Shown one piece after another: positions 11,606 through 22,476 of a stretch of 42,328 bases of DNA; position 1 is the stretch's first letter, and each line of letters begins with the position of its first letter. The translations under genes were made by a program, and so were the position numbers. The notes under the pieces were generated by a model. The model saw only the letters and a program-made list of their open reading frames with translations, made no database searches and was not told the origin of the DNA. The stretch comes from Octopus bimaculoides (lineage: Eukaryota), in the NCBI RefSeq assembly GCF_001194135.2, contig NC_068987.1, positions 43,683,252-43,725,579 of the forward strand, in the 5' to 3' direction.

Positions 11606-13728
11606 GGGCAATGAAGAAATAAGTGATATAGATATCCACTTTATACAGCTCAACCGAGTAGTGCTCTGTTGGAGCTTCAGGAATATAAGATTAAGGAGAG
11701 AAGAAAACAAATTCAAAGGCCAATGTATATATTCATTCAATCCATATTAATGAAGTTCTCTATGGTATACAACGTGCATACACAGATGCATTCATCTATA
11801 TGATATATAAAAATTTCTAAGAATTTATAAATATATATGAAAATTTATAAATATATAAAAATTCATACATATATAAAATTTACTAACGCATAAAAATTCA
11901 TAAATGTAAATATATAAAAAAAGTGTAAGTCCATAAATGTACTTGCAAAGTCCGAATGAAAAGGATGATAAAGCGGATGTAAACTGATTCATAAGGAGTC
12001 TGGACATTAGTAATTACTCTCGACATTAGTAATTACTACCAATCCATTAAACCTGATATACTAGACAAAGCAATTAAAATTGCAGAGAAATTAACTAGTA
12101 TCACACATTTGAAGAAAAATATCATTTACTGCAAGGAAAACATTGATCTCCTTCAAAAATAGGACATGGACCCTATCTGACCTTCAAAACGACTGATGTT
12201 ACAATGGGAAGTTCAGATTCCACCCAGGTCACAGATATTGTTGGACTATTTCTAATCTCTAAAATTAGAGAAGAATTCCCTAATATTAGTGGAGGCCTAT
12301 ATAGAGATGATGCTTTATTTGCCATATCTGAATCCTCCGCACAAGCAACTGATAGGATTGGGAAAAAAATTAATACATTTTTTAAAATTATACAAATTAG
12401 ATATCATAGTTGAAAATGTCTCTACATGTGTTAACATATTGAATGTAACATTAAATTTGGATAATGGCTTATTCTACCCCTATCATAAGCCTAATAAAAC
12501 TATTAGGTATATCCACGCCTTATCAAATCATCCCCAGTGTCATTAAGGGAATAATTAAAGGCGTCTTGATAAGAATATCTAACTTATCCGCAAATGAAAA
12601 AATATTTAATAAGTTTGCACCCATTTATAATACAGCACTAAAAGACAGCAGTTTAACAGTAAAATATACTATATTAAAAACATGATATTTAAAAACAAAT
12701 AAGGCAAACAGTTTCCAAATATTACGAATTCTAACATTGACTCACATCCTATAAATAATCCCACTGAATATAGAAATCAACAACTCTTTAGAAGACACTA
12801 TAGATTTTTCAAATATAGCAATAGCAATACGGGGCAAAATAGGAACTATTCTGGGAGGAAACAGGAAATTGTATGGTTTGCAACCCCTTTCTCCTTAGTT
12901 ATTTTTTAGCACTATCAATAGGAACTTTCCATCTGGTCATAAATACCACTCTATATTTAATAGATCATGTCTTAAATTATCCTAACAAAACCATTAGAGA
13001 TAATCTAACTGATCCTAACACAGAGAACAATAATAAGACCTTGGATATTAAAAACAGTAAGACTAATCCCAGAGACAAAATAAAAACATGTAATTGTCGT
13101 AATAGGGAATTTTGTCCCCTAAAAGGTTTCTGTTTAAGGAGAAATACCATATATAAAATTGAAATCCCAACCCTAAATGAACCTAAAATAATTTACATAG
13201 GTAGTACTATTGACTTTAAAGGTAGATATAGGGTGCATATAAACTTGTTCACTAACCACGAAACAAAAAACTCAACTAGCAACTTACATCAATAGACTAA
13301 AATTAAACAACAAAGAATTCAATATGAATTGGTCTATAAGAAAGAAAGCCACACCATATAATACACATTGGAAGAATTGCAATTTATGCATGAAGGAGGT
13401 GATCCACGTAATCCAAGCCAACAAAAATAGTTTACTCAAAAAAGTATCTGACGTTATAATTACCTGTAGACACACATATCTTTCAACATTAAAATTTTTC
13501 AAGAATAATTAAACTACAGGATTCTAGTTTAGCCTTACTCCATATTATGGACTCTTCTAAAACTTTATATTTCTATATATATAGCGTCGTAATATACCTT
13601 ATATTATACATTGTGTCATAATACATTTTAACTTCATATGCCTGAAGAGAATGGTCCAATCAAACATTCGATTTTTAAAATTATTTAACTTACCACTTCT
13701 TTTAAAATTTTAACATTGTAATTCTATT

Positions 13729-13817
13729 TACTCTGATAAGAGAAATATAGAATATTGCTATGGTTGGAGTTAGCTTGCCCATAGTAACCTATATCTTTTC
13801 AAAACAACCTTAAGACT
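13729..13817 (+). ncRNA. Degenerate hammerhead ribozyme relic in the Penelope 3' region (long stem II, core mutated)
   Basis: CTGATAA - gagaaatatag..ttgctatgg / ccatagtaa..ctatatcttttc - AAAAC..TAAGAC; same layout as 16107-16184 with G8 and G12 changed to A. Confidence 0.55.
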
Positions 13818-13975
13818 TTATACATAGACTTTATACATGTTCCAGACTCCTTATGAATCAGATTATATCTGCTTCATCATACTTTCATTCAGACTTTGTA
13901 AGTACATTTATGGACTTACACTTTTTTGATATATTTACCTTTATGAATTTTTATGCATTTGTAAATTTTTATATA

Positions 13976-14384
13976 CTCTTTTACTCTTTTACTTGTTTCA
14001 GTCATTTGACTGTGGCCATGCTGGAGCACCACCTTTAGTCGAGCAAATCGACCCCAGGACTTATTCTTTGGAAGCCTAGTACTTATTCTAACTGTCTCTT
14101 TTGACAAACTGCTAAGTTACGGGGATGTAAACACACCAGCATCGGTTGTCAAGCGATGTTAGGGGGACAAACACAGACACAAACATATACACACACATAC
14201 ATATATACATATATATATATGACAGGCTTCTTTCAGTTTCCGTCTACCAAATCCACTCACAAGGCTTCGGTCGGTCCGAGGCTATAGTAGAAGACACTTG
14301 CCCAAGGTGCCATGCAGTAGGACTGAACCCAGAACCATGTGGTTGGTAAGCAAGCTACTTACCACACAGCCACTCCCGCGCCTA
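13976..14384 (-). mobile_element. Full-length tRNA-derived octopus SINE inserted in the Penelope right arm
   Basis: Head aggcgcgggagtggctgtgtggtaagtag (A box) and ggttcagtcc (B box); tail gaaacaagtaaaagag; homologous to 24332-24682. Confidence 0.9.
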
Positions 14385-14579
14385 TATGTGTATGAATTTT
14401 TATATATTTATAAATTTTCATGTATATGTATGTATGCATAAATTCTTAGAAATTTTTATATATCATATAGATGAATGCATCTGTGTATGCACTTTGTCTA
14501 CCATAAAGAACTTCGTTAATATGGAGTGAATGAATATATACGTTGGCCTTTGAATTTGTTTTCTCCTCTCCTTAATTTT

Positions 14580-14618
14580 ATGCATGTATGTATATATATA
14601 TGTATATGTATGTATGTG

Positions 14619-14649
<31 letters not shown>

Positions 14650-14955
14650 ATGTATATACATATGTGCATATATATATGTATATGTATATATGTATATGTG
14701 TATATATATAAGTGTATATATATGTATATATATAAGTGTATATATATGTATATATATAAGTGTATATATATGTATATATATAAGTGTATATATATGTATA
14801 TATATATGTGTATATATATATGTGTACATATATGTATATATATATGTGTATATATATATGTGTACATATATGTATGTATATATGTATATATATATATATA
14901 TACATATGTATGTATGTATATATGTATGTGTATATGTAAATATATATATATGTAT
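14580..14955. repeat. Compound (TA/TG) microsatellite with a 24-bp higher-order unit (tatatataagtgtatatatatgta) repeated about four times
   Basis: Read directly from sequence. Confidence 0.9.
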
Positions 14956-15349
14956 GTATATGTCGCTGAAAGAATACAAATTTCAGAAGATACTCAGGTA
15001 AGAAATTTTGTCTTTTTAACCTCGTTCATCTCCTCCTCTATTTCTGCACAGATCATAACAACCTTATTAGTTCTTTTCACTATTCTATCAATTTCATTAC
15101 CATGTAAACATAGTTTAAATAGTTTCGTCTTCCTCATTGTTGTCTTAAGATAAACTTAAGTTCATGCATATTTGTTAATCATCACATATTCATTTATTCA
15201 AGTTTGTCACATCGTCACTTATTTCTCAAATTTTGTCACAGATTGGCTGACTGAAAATTTAAAGATTTTTTAATTCTATTTCACTATTATCAGCATTTGC
15301 TGTTTCATTAAATTATGTTACCCAAAATCCCAAAAGAATATTTTTCTCC

Positions 15350-15825
15350 CTCCTAGCACTGAGCAGCCACATCGACAGATGCACAAGCAAAAAAAAAAAC
15401 ACCAAATTTTCATATCTTCCCATTATATCAATGCAAAAATTCAATCTCAGTACAAGAAGGCCTAAACAAGGAAAACCTGTTCATACAAAAGTGCAGACCA
15501 CACAATATGCAACTTTGACCATTTAAAAAAAATTCTACTAAGGAGCCAGTCGTCCCCCTTGCCACCTGTTGCTCCCCTTGGTTCACTCTCTAAACTCATC
15601 ATTCTTCTTCTTCTTATTCTTCAAACATCCAAAATGACGAAACCCCTCTGTCATGAGAACTGATTACTGTACAATGTCCCTTGGAAAGCTAATTTAAATA
15701 GCGAAAACCGGTTGGATTTCACGACATCCATATAATATGCATATATTTATAAAAAGATATTAAACTATATGAAAAGAAGGCATTTCTCTTCCACTTTTAT
15801 ACTTTTTTTACACATATTTTCAACC

Positions 15826-15868
<43 letters not shown>

Positions 15869-16200
15869 TAATATATGTATTTATATAGATATACATAGAT
15901 GTAGATAGATATAAAGATATGTGTGTGTGTGTGACCTGTATCTGCACTGAAGTACTAACAGTCTCCATACACTCTTGAAGAAGAAGATCTGTGAACTTTA
16001 TTGTTTGATTTCTTCTATTTATTGTTCTACTCTTTATTCTTCTCTTTATGATTATATTATTTTATAAACTGTGAATTATGTCTAAAACTTTCATATATAC
16101 TCACCTTGTCTCTGATGATGGAATACCCAATGTATGGAGATGCTAACCTATCCTTTGGAATATCCCAGAAACAGCTGTAAGACATCCAATAATTAATTAA
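15350..16200 (+). mobile_element. Penelope-like 3' fragment (GIY-YIG C-terminus remnant plus pLTR)
   Basis: SSHIDRC...F(H)IFPLYQ...ENLFIQK resembles PLE endonuclease C-termini; hammerhead at 16107. Confidence 0.55.
16107..16184 (+). ncRNA. Type I minimal hammerhead ribozyme, core intact, extended stem II
   Basis: TGTCT-CTGATGA-[TGGAATA..CCAA/TTGG..TATCCCA]-GAAA-CAGCTG-TA^-AGACA; palindromic stem III loop AGCT as in Penelope hammerheads; predicted cleavage after A16179. Confidence 0.8.
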
Positions 16201-16958
16201 TTAATTAACTAATTGGTTAATTATTTCAAATTCACCTTACCCTAATTAAATATTTTGACTGGAGTTACTCATCCTGCCTTGGTTTTTGCTATCTTTTTCC
16301 TCTAATATATACCTGTTAACTTGGAAGCCTACTACAGATCCCTAGCTCAAGCCTCAGCTGTGAACCTAGAACCTAATGAATGACCAATTATAGCACTTAC
16401 ACAGCATACCTATTTATTTAGACCACCGTTGAACTAAACCCCTCATATTCTTTGTGTGTGTAAATGTCAAACAATGAAAATGAATGCTCAACACCACATT
16501 GGTGGATAGAATTCCTTTATTTGTGAATTAAGGCTACCGTTGGTTTCATGTTAAGAAAAATAGGAAAATATCATAATTTTTCAAGCTGGTCACATGGAGG
16601 AGTTGTTTTCATTTCCATGTTAGATAGATACAGAATCTCATTGAATTCATGGAGATTCTCATAAAGTAAACAGTGAATCAAGGAGTACTCTTCTTGGATG
16701 ACATCTTTTAAGTGATTATCTCCCTTGGATTTTACTTTTTGGCAAACTGTCATATGGTAAATTTGTTTGCATTATCTTATATTCTGAGTGTATGTGATGT
16801 CTATATGCTTGTATGCTGAGGTATTTCATCATAGGGGCATATTTCTTCTGTGGGTGGAGTTCATTTGTTATGTGCAATAATACCTCACATTTTGAGGACC
16901 CACTTTATGAGACCCTTGGTTTACGAGTTTTTTTTTAATAATAAATATAAATTTTAAG

Positions 16959-17068
16959 CGAAGTGCCAAAGGTTCTACTACCATAACGAATGCTTCTGCA
17001 TGTTGTCAAAAAATTTATAGAGAGTGAAAAATGCTTCTTCTAAGCAAACAACTCTCGACTTGTTTTAT
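16959..17068 (+). mobile_element. Tigger/pogo transposase C-terminal remnant
   Basis: RSAKGSTTITNASACCQKIYRE*K / NASSKQTTLDLFY matches the pogo-family C-terminal pattern (IY.EKK...QT(S/T)LD.F). Confidence 0.55.
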
Positions 17069-17547
17069 AAAAAAAAATCTACAAATTCTTGTGAATTGGC
17101 AATCGCATCTACAAGTGATGGTGTGTGCGAGTGAAAGTGATTCAGAAAATGATTATGATAATATTTTTTTATCATAAATGATCTTGACATTCTTTTTACT
17201 TTACATAAAATATTCTTTACATTCTACTGTTGTTTTATTGCCACTTATATACGAGTATCATCAATTTTATAGGTAAAATATTTTTCTGGAAATGAATTAT
17301 GATTGCTTCTATGGGAAATTATTGCATTGCTTTACAAGTTTTCGCTTTTCAAATGGTTTCTTGGAACAAATTAATTCATATATTGAGGCATTACTGTATA
17401 TTTAAATTTCACATTCAGGAAAGGGGCTATATATTTTCATGTATCACGTAATCATTCTCTTCTAGCCATTCTTCTGTGTACCTAATGATCTGTCTATCAA
17501 TCAATATAACTACTTATATATCTGTCTCTACTTTGTCCTATGTTCAG

Positions 17548-17695
17548 TATTGCCAAAGGAATCAAAGAGAGCTTGATCAATCAACTCAGTACTGGTGTAC
17601 CATTCTCCCAGAAAGTGTTTGCATCCTGGGACTTCTGTATGAAGAATGACAAAATAGTCTGCTGGAAGAAAACCTGCCTTCTTCAAGAGTTACGG
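17548..17695 (+). CDS. TMC: TMC exon B (IAKGIKESLINQLSTGVPFSQKVFASWDFCMKNDKIVCWKKTCLLQELR)
   Basis: tgttcag/ acceptor, CGG/gtaatt donor; phase 2 to 0; FSxKVFxxWDF motif. Confidence 0.93.
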
Positions 17696-18530
17696 GTAAT
17701 TACATTCTTGAGCTTATTCCCTTCTTTTTTTCTGTTCCCTCATTTTGTTTACCACCTGGTTTCTTTTCCTTTCTTTTTCCTTCTCAATTTCTTACTTCCC
17801 CCACCACTCTTCTTTTTTTAAAATTTCCTTTTTTCTCTTTCATTTTGTGTATTTTTCCTTTCTTCTCATGCACACTCTATTTCTCCCTCTTGTCTTCACT
17901 TTCTCTAATTCTCTCTTTGTCTCATGGTCTCTCTTTGTCTATTGTTCTTTATTCTTTCTCTCCTGACATGTGCATCCAAAGATATTTAATCTCTCTCTTA
18001 CACACTTTCATACACATATCACTGAAATACTTTTTCACATGTAGCTTTTTACATATAAACACATTCTTATAAATGTGTACACACACACAAACACACATTG
18101 TGGTGAGGAACTGACAAAAATCCTACTTCTGAATTCATTTCTTAAAATAGCTGATTTGTTCTATTTTGTCTTTAAGATTGGTGGGGAATAAAAATACTAT
18201 TTATGTACTGCGGTTAGTTCAGTCTACTAAACAGTTATTCATTAATTTATTTATTGATCTGCCAATAATGTGGTGTATCTGTAAACTGGTCTGTCTATCT
18301 CCATGGATAGTTAACAAGGGCATTGGGTCACTTATGAAATACCAACACAGGATTAAACCTAGTGTACTTGATCTCTCTTTTCTAATTTTGTATTTATTAT
18401 ATCATCAGTAACAATATATGATGTTTGTGTGTGTGTAACAATATATCACAGTACCAAATATAACCATATAACAATAAGCAATGTAACAAGAGTTAGTTAT
18501 CTTATAACATTTCACACAATAACAATCAGT

Positions 18531-19260
18531 TGTGGTGAAATCCTGACACCCTTATGGGATAGCAAGTGAACTATGCTAAACCCAATAAAGGCGCATGCGT
18601 GCTGACAGTGCAATGTAGTGTGGTGTGTGCTGTTGCATTTGTGAAGGCAGTCGTAGAATTGTTGACAAGAGACATAAGTTTGTTACGTGTTTGTTACTGA
18701 TTTAGTTTTTGTAGTGTTATAACACTTACAGTGTAGTCTATATCCAAACCCAAGGATATACTAGTAGCGACAAGATATTCAAAGCTCACTGTGGACATTC
18801 TTAGCATGGAAGACTTATTAACTTCTGTGGTACAGTTGCAACGGCAACTACAAGAAGAACAACTGCAACAGTTGCAGCTGCAATTACAACAGCAACAACA
18901 AGAACAACAGAAACAGCAACAATAGCAAAATCAACAGTTGGAATTATTGTTGCAGTTCAAAAACACTTCAGGTTCATTTTCGGCAGATGGGGCTGCTAAT
19001 TCAATTGAAGAATGCCAAAGAATTATAAATTTACAACAGGACGCAGAAAAACAACCTAAAACAGATAAGGAAAAAGAAAAACAACAGCCAAGACCCAAAC
19101 CATGCTACAGGTGTGGAGAAATACATTTTAAAAGAAACTGTCCTTTAAAAAATCAAAAATGTTTTGGATGGAGAAAGATCAGACGTAAGAATCCACATTG
19201 TTGGGTGAAACAAAAAAGGTTGAACAAAAGAAATTGGGGAAGATAAAGGAGTGTAGAAGA
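18531..19260 (+). mobile_element. Truncated Gypsy-type LTR retrotransposon: 5' LTR, degenerate PBS, internally deleted polyQ gag
   Basis: Starts TGTGG; TAGCGACAAGAT (~18765) resembles a tRNA-Ser PBS TGGCGACGAGGAT; MEDLLTSVVQLQ-polyQ then CYRCGEIH....C and a second decayed knuckle. Confidence 0.7.
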
Positions 19261-19544
19261 AAGTGGGGAAGAGCAGCAGGATATTAATAGTGATGGTAAG
19301 AATGATACAGTTTATATTTTCATTTGTTTTGCATCAGTTGGATAATTATGTTACTGAGGCATTGTTTTACAGTTGGATGCCATCCTGTATCTAACCCTTC
19401 CTTTTTTGCAAGAAAGGGATCTCTAATTCCATACTGCTTAAAAGGAATGAAGTGATCTAATGGTTTGTTCACAAGAAAAACTGACAACAACAGTGCACTG
19501 CATGAGTCACATGCACTTAGATACAGATACACAGGTATATATAT

Positions 19545-19910
19545 ACGAGAATTCACGAAAAAAACAACAGACGAAGACAGGTGGTGTAAACAACAAATGG
19601 ATGTATTAGTATAACGCTCGGGAATAGAGAAAATCTTTAACATTTCGAGCCTACGCTCTTCAACAGAAAGGAACACAGAAAGAAACAAGGAGAGAAAAAA
19701 ATGTGTGTAGTGATCAGCGATCTATCATGGCGAATGCTGGACAGAAGGGTCACAGAGGAGAGTTAAGAAGAAGGGGAGATAACAAAGTAGTAGCGATCCC
19801 AAAACAAAGGTGCATGTGTGAGAGAATGCTGGTGATCTTAATGTATGCATGTGTGTATGTAGGTGTGAAGGTGTGAAAATGTGGGGATGGGAATTGGTCA
19901 TATATATATA
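19545..19910 (-). mobile_element. Penelope-type pLTR fragment (family A, copy 2) with hammerhead-like motif at 19633-19672
   Basis: Aligns to 11150-11575; minus strand CTGTTGA-A-GAGC-GTAG-GCTC-GAAA-TGTTA-AAG. Confidence 0.55.
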
Positions 19911-20010
19911 TATGGATGAATGGATGGGTTGGTTGGTCGATGGATTGATTGATGGAACGAACACAGCCAAGACAGTGTGAAATTTCTAGGAATTTATAAA
20001 TAGAAAAGTA

Positions 20011-20059
20011 GTCTTACAGCTGTTTTAGGGATATGTGGGATATCTGTTCATCAGAGACA
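20011..20059 (-). ncRNA. Minimal hammerhead, antisense copy, G12A (probably inactive)
   Basis: Reverse complement TGTCT-CTGATGA-..ATATCCCT-AAAA-CAGCTG-TA-AGAC; part of a ~125-bp inverted repeat with 20322-20432. Confidence 0.65.
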
Positions 20060-20346
20060 ATATGAGAGAGTTAAATAGAGGGAAATAGTAGACTACAAGA
20101 CTCCTTTGAATGAACAACACATGGATTTAATGTCTCCACACTATCCTTCTGTAATAACAAAATATGAACTCCTATCAGAATTTACATACCATGGACAAGA
20201 AGCCTTTCTACCCATTCAACACATCACTTCCCTTGGATAATGGTACTGCAACTGTAACATCCAACATATATTTTTATTCCTCTTCTCTTATTTCTATTTA
20301 TACTTCCTGTATCTTTCCCTTTCCCTCTGTTTAACTCTCTCATACC

Positions 20347-20385
20347 GTCTCTGATGAAGAGATATCCCTGAAACAGCTGTAAGAT
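20347..20385 (+). ncRNA. Type I minimal hammerhead ribozyme, core intact
   Basis: GTCT-CTGATGA-AGAGATATCCCT-GAAA-CAGCTG-TA^-AGAT; predicted cleavage after A20381. Confidence 0.8.
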
Positions 20386-20591
20386 TATATTTCTATTTAT
20401 GAATGTCCTAGAAATTTCACACTGCCTTGGCTTTGTTGTCTCTTTTAATTTAACATACACATGCTCACACATGACCCGCGTTAGACTCCTTACTTATACT
20501 ATTATTGAACTGGGAGTCTAACTGCAGACCCTCCATAGCACTTACATAGCCATACCTACCATTTTGGGTCTTCTGGATACCAAAACCTCTC

Positions 20592-20627
<36 letters not shown>

Positions 20628-20631
<4 letters not shown>

Positions 20632-20725
20632 AAGCAAGTCGCCACATTCAAGTGACAGTTGAATGTTACTACTCGTTTAACCCCAGGCATTCAACTGCCA
20701 CTTTGATGTGGCAGCTCGCTTTACT
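20628..20725. other. 98-bp hairpin (38-nt arms, 22-nt loop); micro-MITE or pre-miRNA-like
   Basis: Left arm matches the reverse complement of the right arm at 32/38 positions. Confidence 0.7.
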
Positions 20726-20887
20726 GTTTAGTATACATTAATACTCTATCTCTTCTTGAGATTTTATAACTAGCTATATATCCCTCTAATCTTAACTAAA
20801 ATGTAAATTTTGCTATTACACCAAAATTTTCACTATTACATGCATATCACTTAGAAGGTTGGTATATTTTTACTGTTATACCTGTTG

Positions 20888-21275
20888 TGTGGAGGCGCAA
20901 TGGTCCAGTGGTTAGGGCAGCGGACTCTCGCGGTCATAGGATTGCGGTTTCGATTCCCAGACCGGGCGTTGTGAGTGTTTATTGAGCGACAACACCTAAA
21001 GTTCCACGAGGCCCCGGCAGGGGATGGTGGCGAACCCTGCTGTGCTCTTTCACCACAACTTTCTCTCACTCTTACTTCCTGTTTCTGTTGTGCCTGTAAT
21101 TCAAAGAGTCAGCCTTGTCACACTGTGTCACGCTGAATATCCCCGAGAACTACGTTAAGGGTACACGTGTCTGTGGAGTGCTCAGCCACTTGCACGTTAA
21201 TTTCACGAGCAGGTTGTTCCGTTGATCGGATCAACTGGAACCCTCGACGTCGTAAGCAATGGAGTGCCAACAACA
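20888..21275 (+). mobile_element. Young tRNA-derived octopus SINE (second family) with 8-bp TSD
   Basis: A box TGGTCCAGTGG, B box GGTTTCGATTCC, CpG-rich, (CAA)n tail; ACCTGTTG at 20880-20887 and 21276-21283. Confidence 0.9.
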
Positions 21276-22314
21276 ACCTGTTGCACTTTGTTAGGATTAG
21301 GATAATACTTGAAAGTGCACATTTGACATATCTATTCTGATACTTAAGTTAATCAATTTATTCAGTTTGCACATGAACACACATTTCTAGTGGGAGACTT
21401 TTTGCCTGCTATTTCTAACAGGTTGTGATACAGCATATAGAGGTTCCTGTGCCCTAGTCTCTCAGCTAAAAGGAGAAATTTACCAAAAGATCAAGTGGTT
21501 TTCAATGGTTTTGATGGTCAGATTTGTTCAAAGCACATCCAAAATCCATAAGGAAAACATACATTTCAACTTCAAAGATAGGTGTAATTGTAAAAATTTA
21601 CCCTACATGCTACCAGAATGTCAATATCTTCAATGCAGCATGAAATGCACATCCCCTTCCAATCAACAAAACAAGCAAATAGCTTTAATTTGAGTAACAA
21701 ATAATTTAAACAAGCCAATAATAGTAAAACAATTGAACTTTCAAATACTAAACCACAAAAAAAAATAACCAATGAAGAGATACAAAAATAGCCAAGCAAC
21801 GAATGCAAAAACCAGACAAAATAACACAAACAAACAAAAAGTCTCACCAACAAATATTAATGAACCAACACATCCATTTATTACCGTTCTTACCCCTGAA
21901 GATTGTTGTGGCATGAAACTCGAGTTGCAACATGAACATTCAGGTTAAATAAGCCACATATTTTGCAATATATATTAAGTGCTTTAACTTTCTTATTTGT
22001 GGAACACTACTCACTGTTCATGTTGTGTTGTGTATGTATGTGTGTGTTGATGATGGATATTAACATTAGAAAAGAAAATTAAGCTTTACAAACAAAGTCC
22101 TTGTAGATTTTTGTTCTGCAGTCCCACCCATACCAGCATGGAAGGTGGATGTTAAACGATGATGATGATTGAATCACTGATGCTCCCTTTACACTTTTCC
22201 ATTTGGCTTATCGGAAGCTTCTAACTAATGATGATGTATTAAAAAAAAAAAAAGAAATAACTTCATTTATTATAGATTTCCTATGATTTTATGTTCTTCC
22301 ATCTCCTTTTTCAG

Positions 22315-22476
22315 GCTGATCTAGCTACTCAAAGAGAATTATGGGAAAAATCCAACCGATCATTTAGGACAAAAGTTAAGCTATATTCTACCAGATTCCT
22401 CTTAAACATGATAGTCCTGTGTATTCTAGTTGGCAGTTTAGCTTTGATATACTATAGCAGTGACTTCCTCATCTCA
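22315..22476 (+). CDS. TMC: TMC exon C (ADLATQRELWEKSNRSFRTKVKLYSTRFLLNMIVLCILVGSLALIYYSSDFLIS)
   Basis: ctttttcag/ acceptor, /gtaagt donor; 54 codons; R..LN..VL..L.GS...IY TM helix. Confidence 0.93.

Larger units (their letters stand above)
11690..14580 (+). mobile_element. 5'-truncated Penelope-like element (Naiad-type RT plus GIY-YIG) flanked by inverted arms
   Basis: RT: DISNYY.SI, DVTMGS, GLYRDDA, YHKPN...SNHP. GIY-YIG: CNC..CPLKGFCL...IYKI...YIGST.DFKGRY..H...CNLC...CRH. Frameshifted. 11690-12005 is inverted relative to 13838-13975 plus 14385-14580. Confidence 0.9.

Noticed and set aside
12873-13700. Selenocysteine/SECIS as reported for some Naiad elements
   Set aside because: The conserved cysteines read as TGT/TGC rather than TGA, and I found no convincing SECIS; a SECISearch run would settle it.
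14700-14810. CRISPR-like 24-bp repeats
   Set aside because: No unique spacers, low complexity, eukaryotic context.
14958-15000. Minus-strand CTGAGTA...GAAA motif
   Set aside because: Core is not CUGANGA and no stem II or III forms.
14463-15153. Long Y/I/H/T-rich ORFs on both strands (also near 10930-11281, 4520-4796, 40224-40595)
   Set aside because: Translations of TA/TG/CT microsatellites, not genes.
20888-20965. Possible tRNA gene (also the heads at 24332 and 14384)
   Set aside because: No closed cloverleaf or poly-T terminator; continues into a SINE body with tail and TSD.
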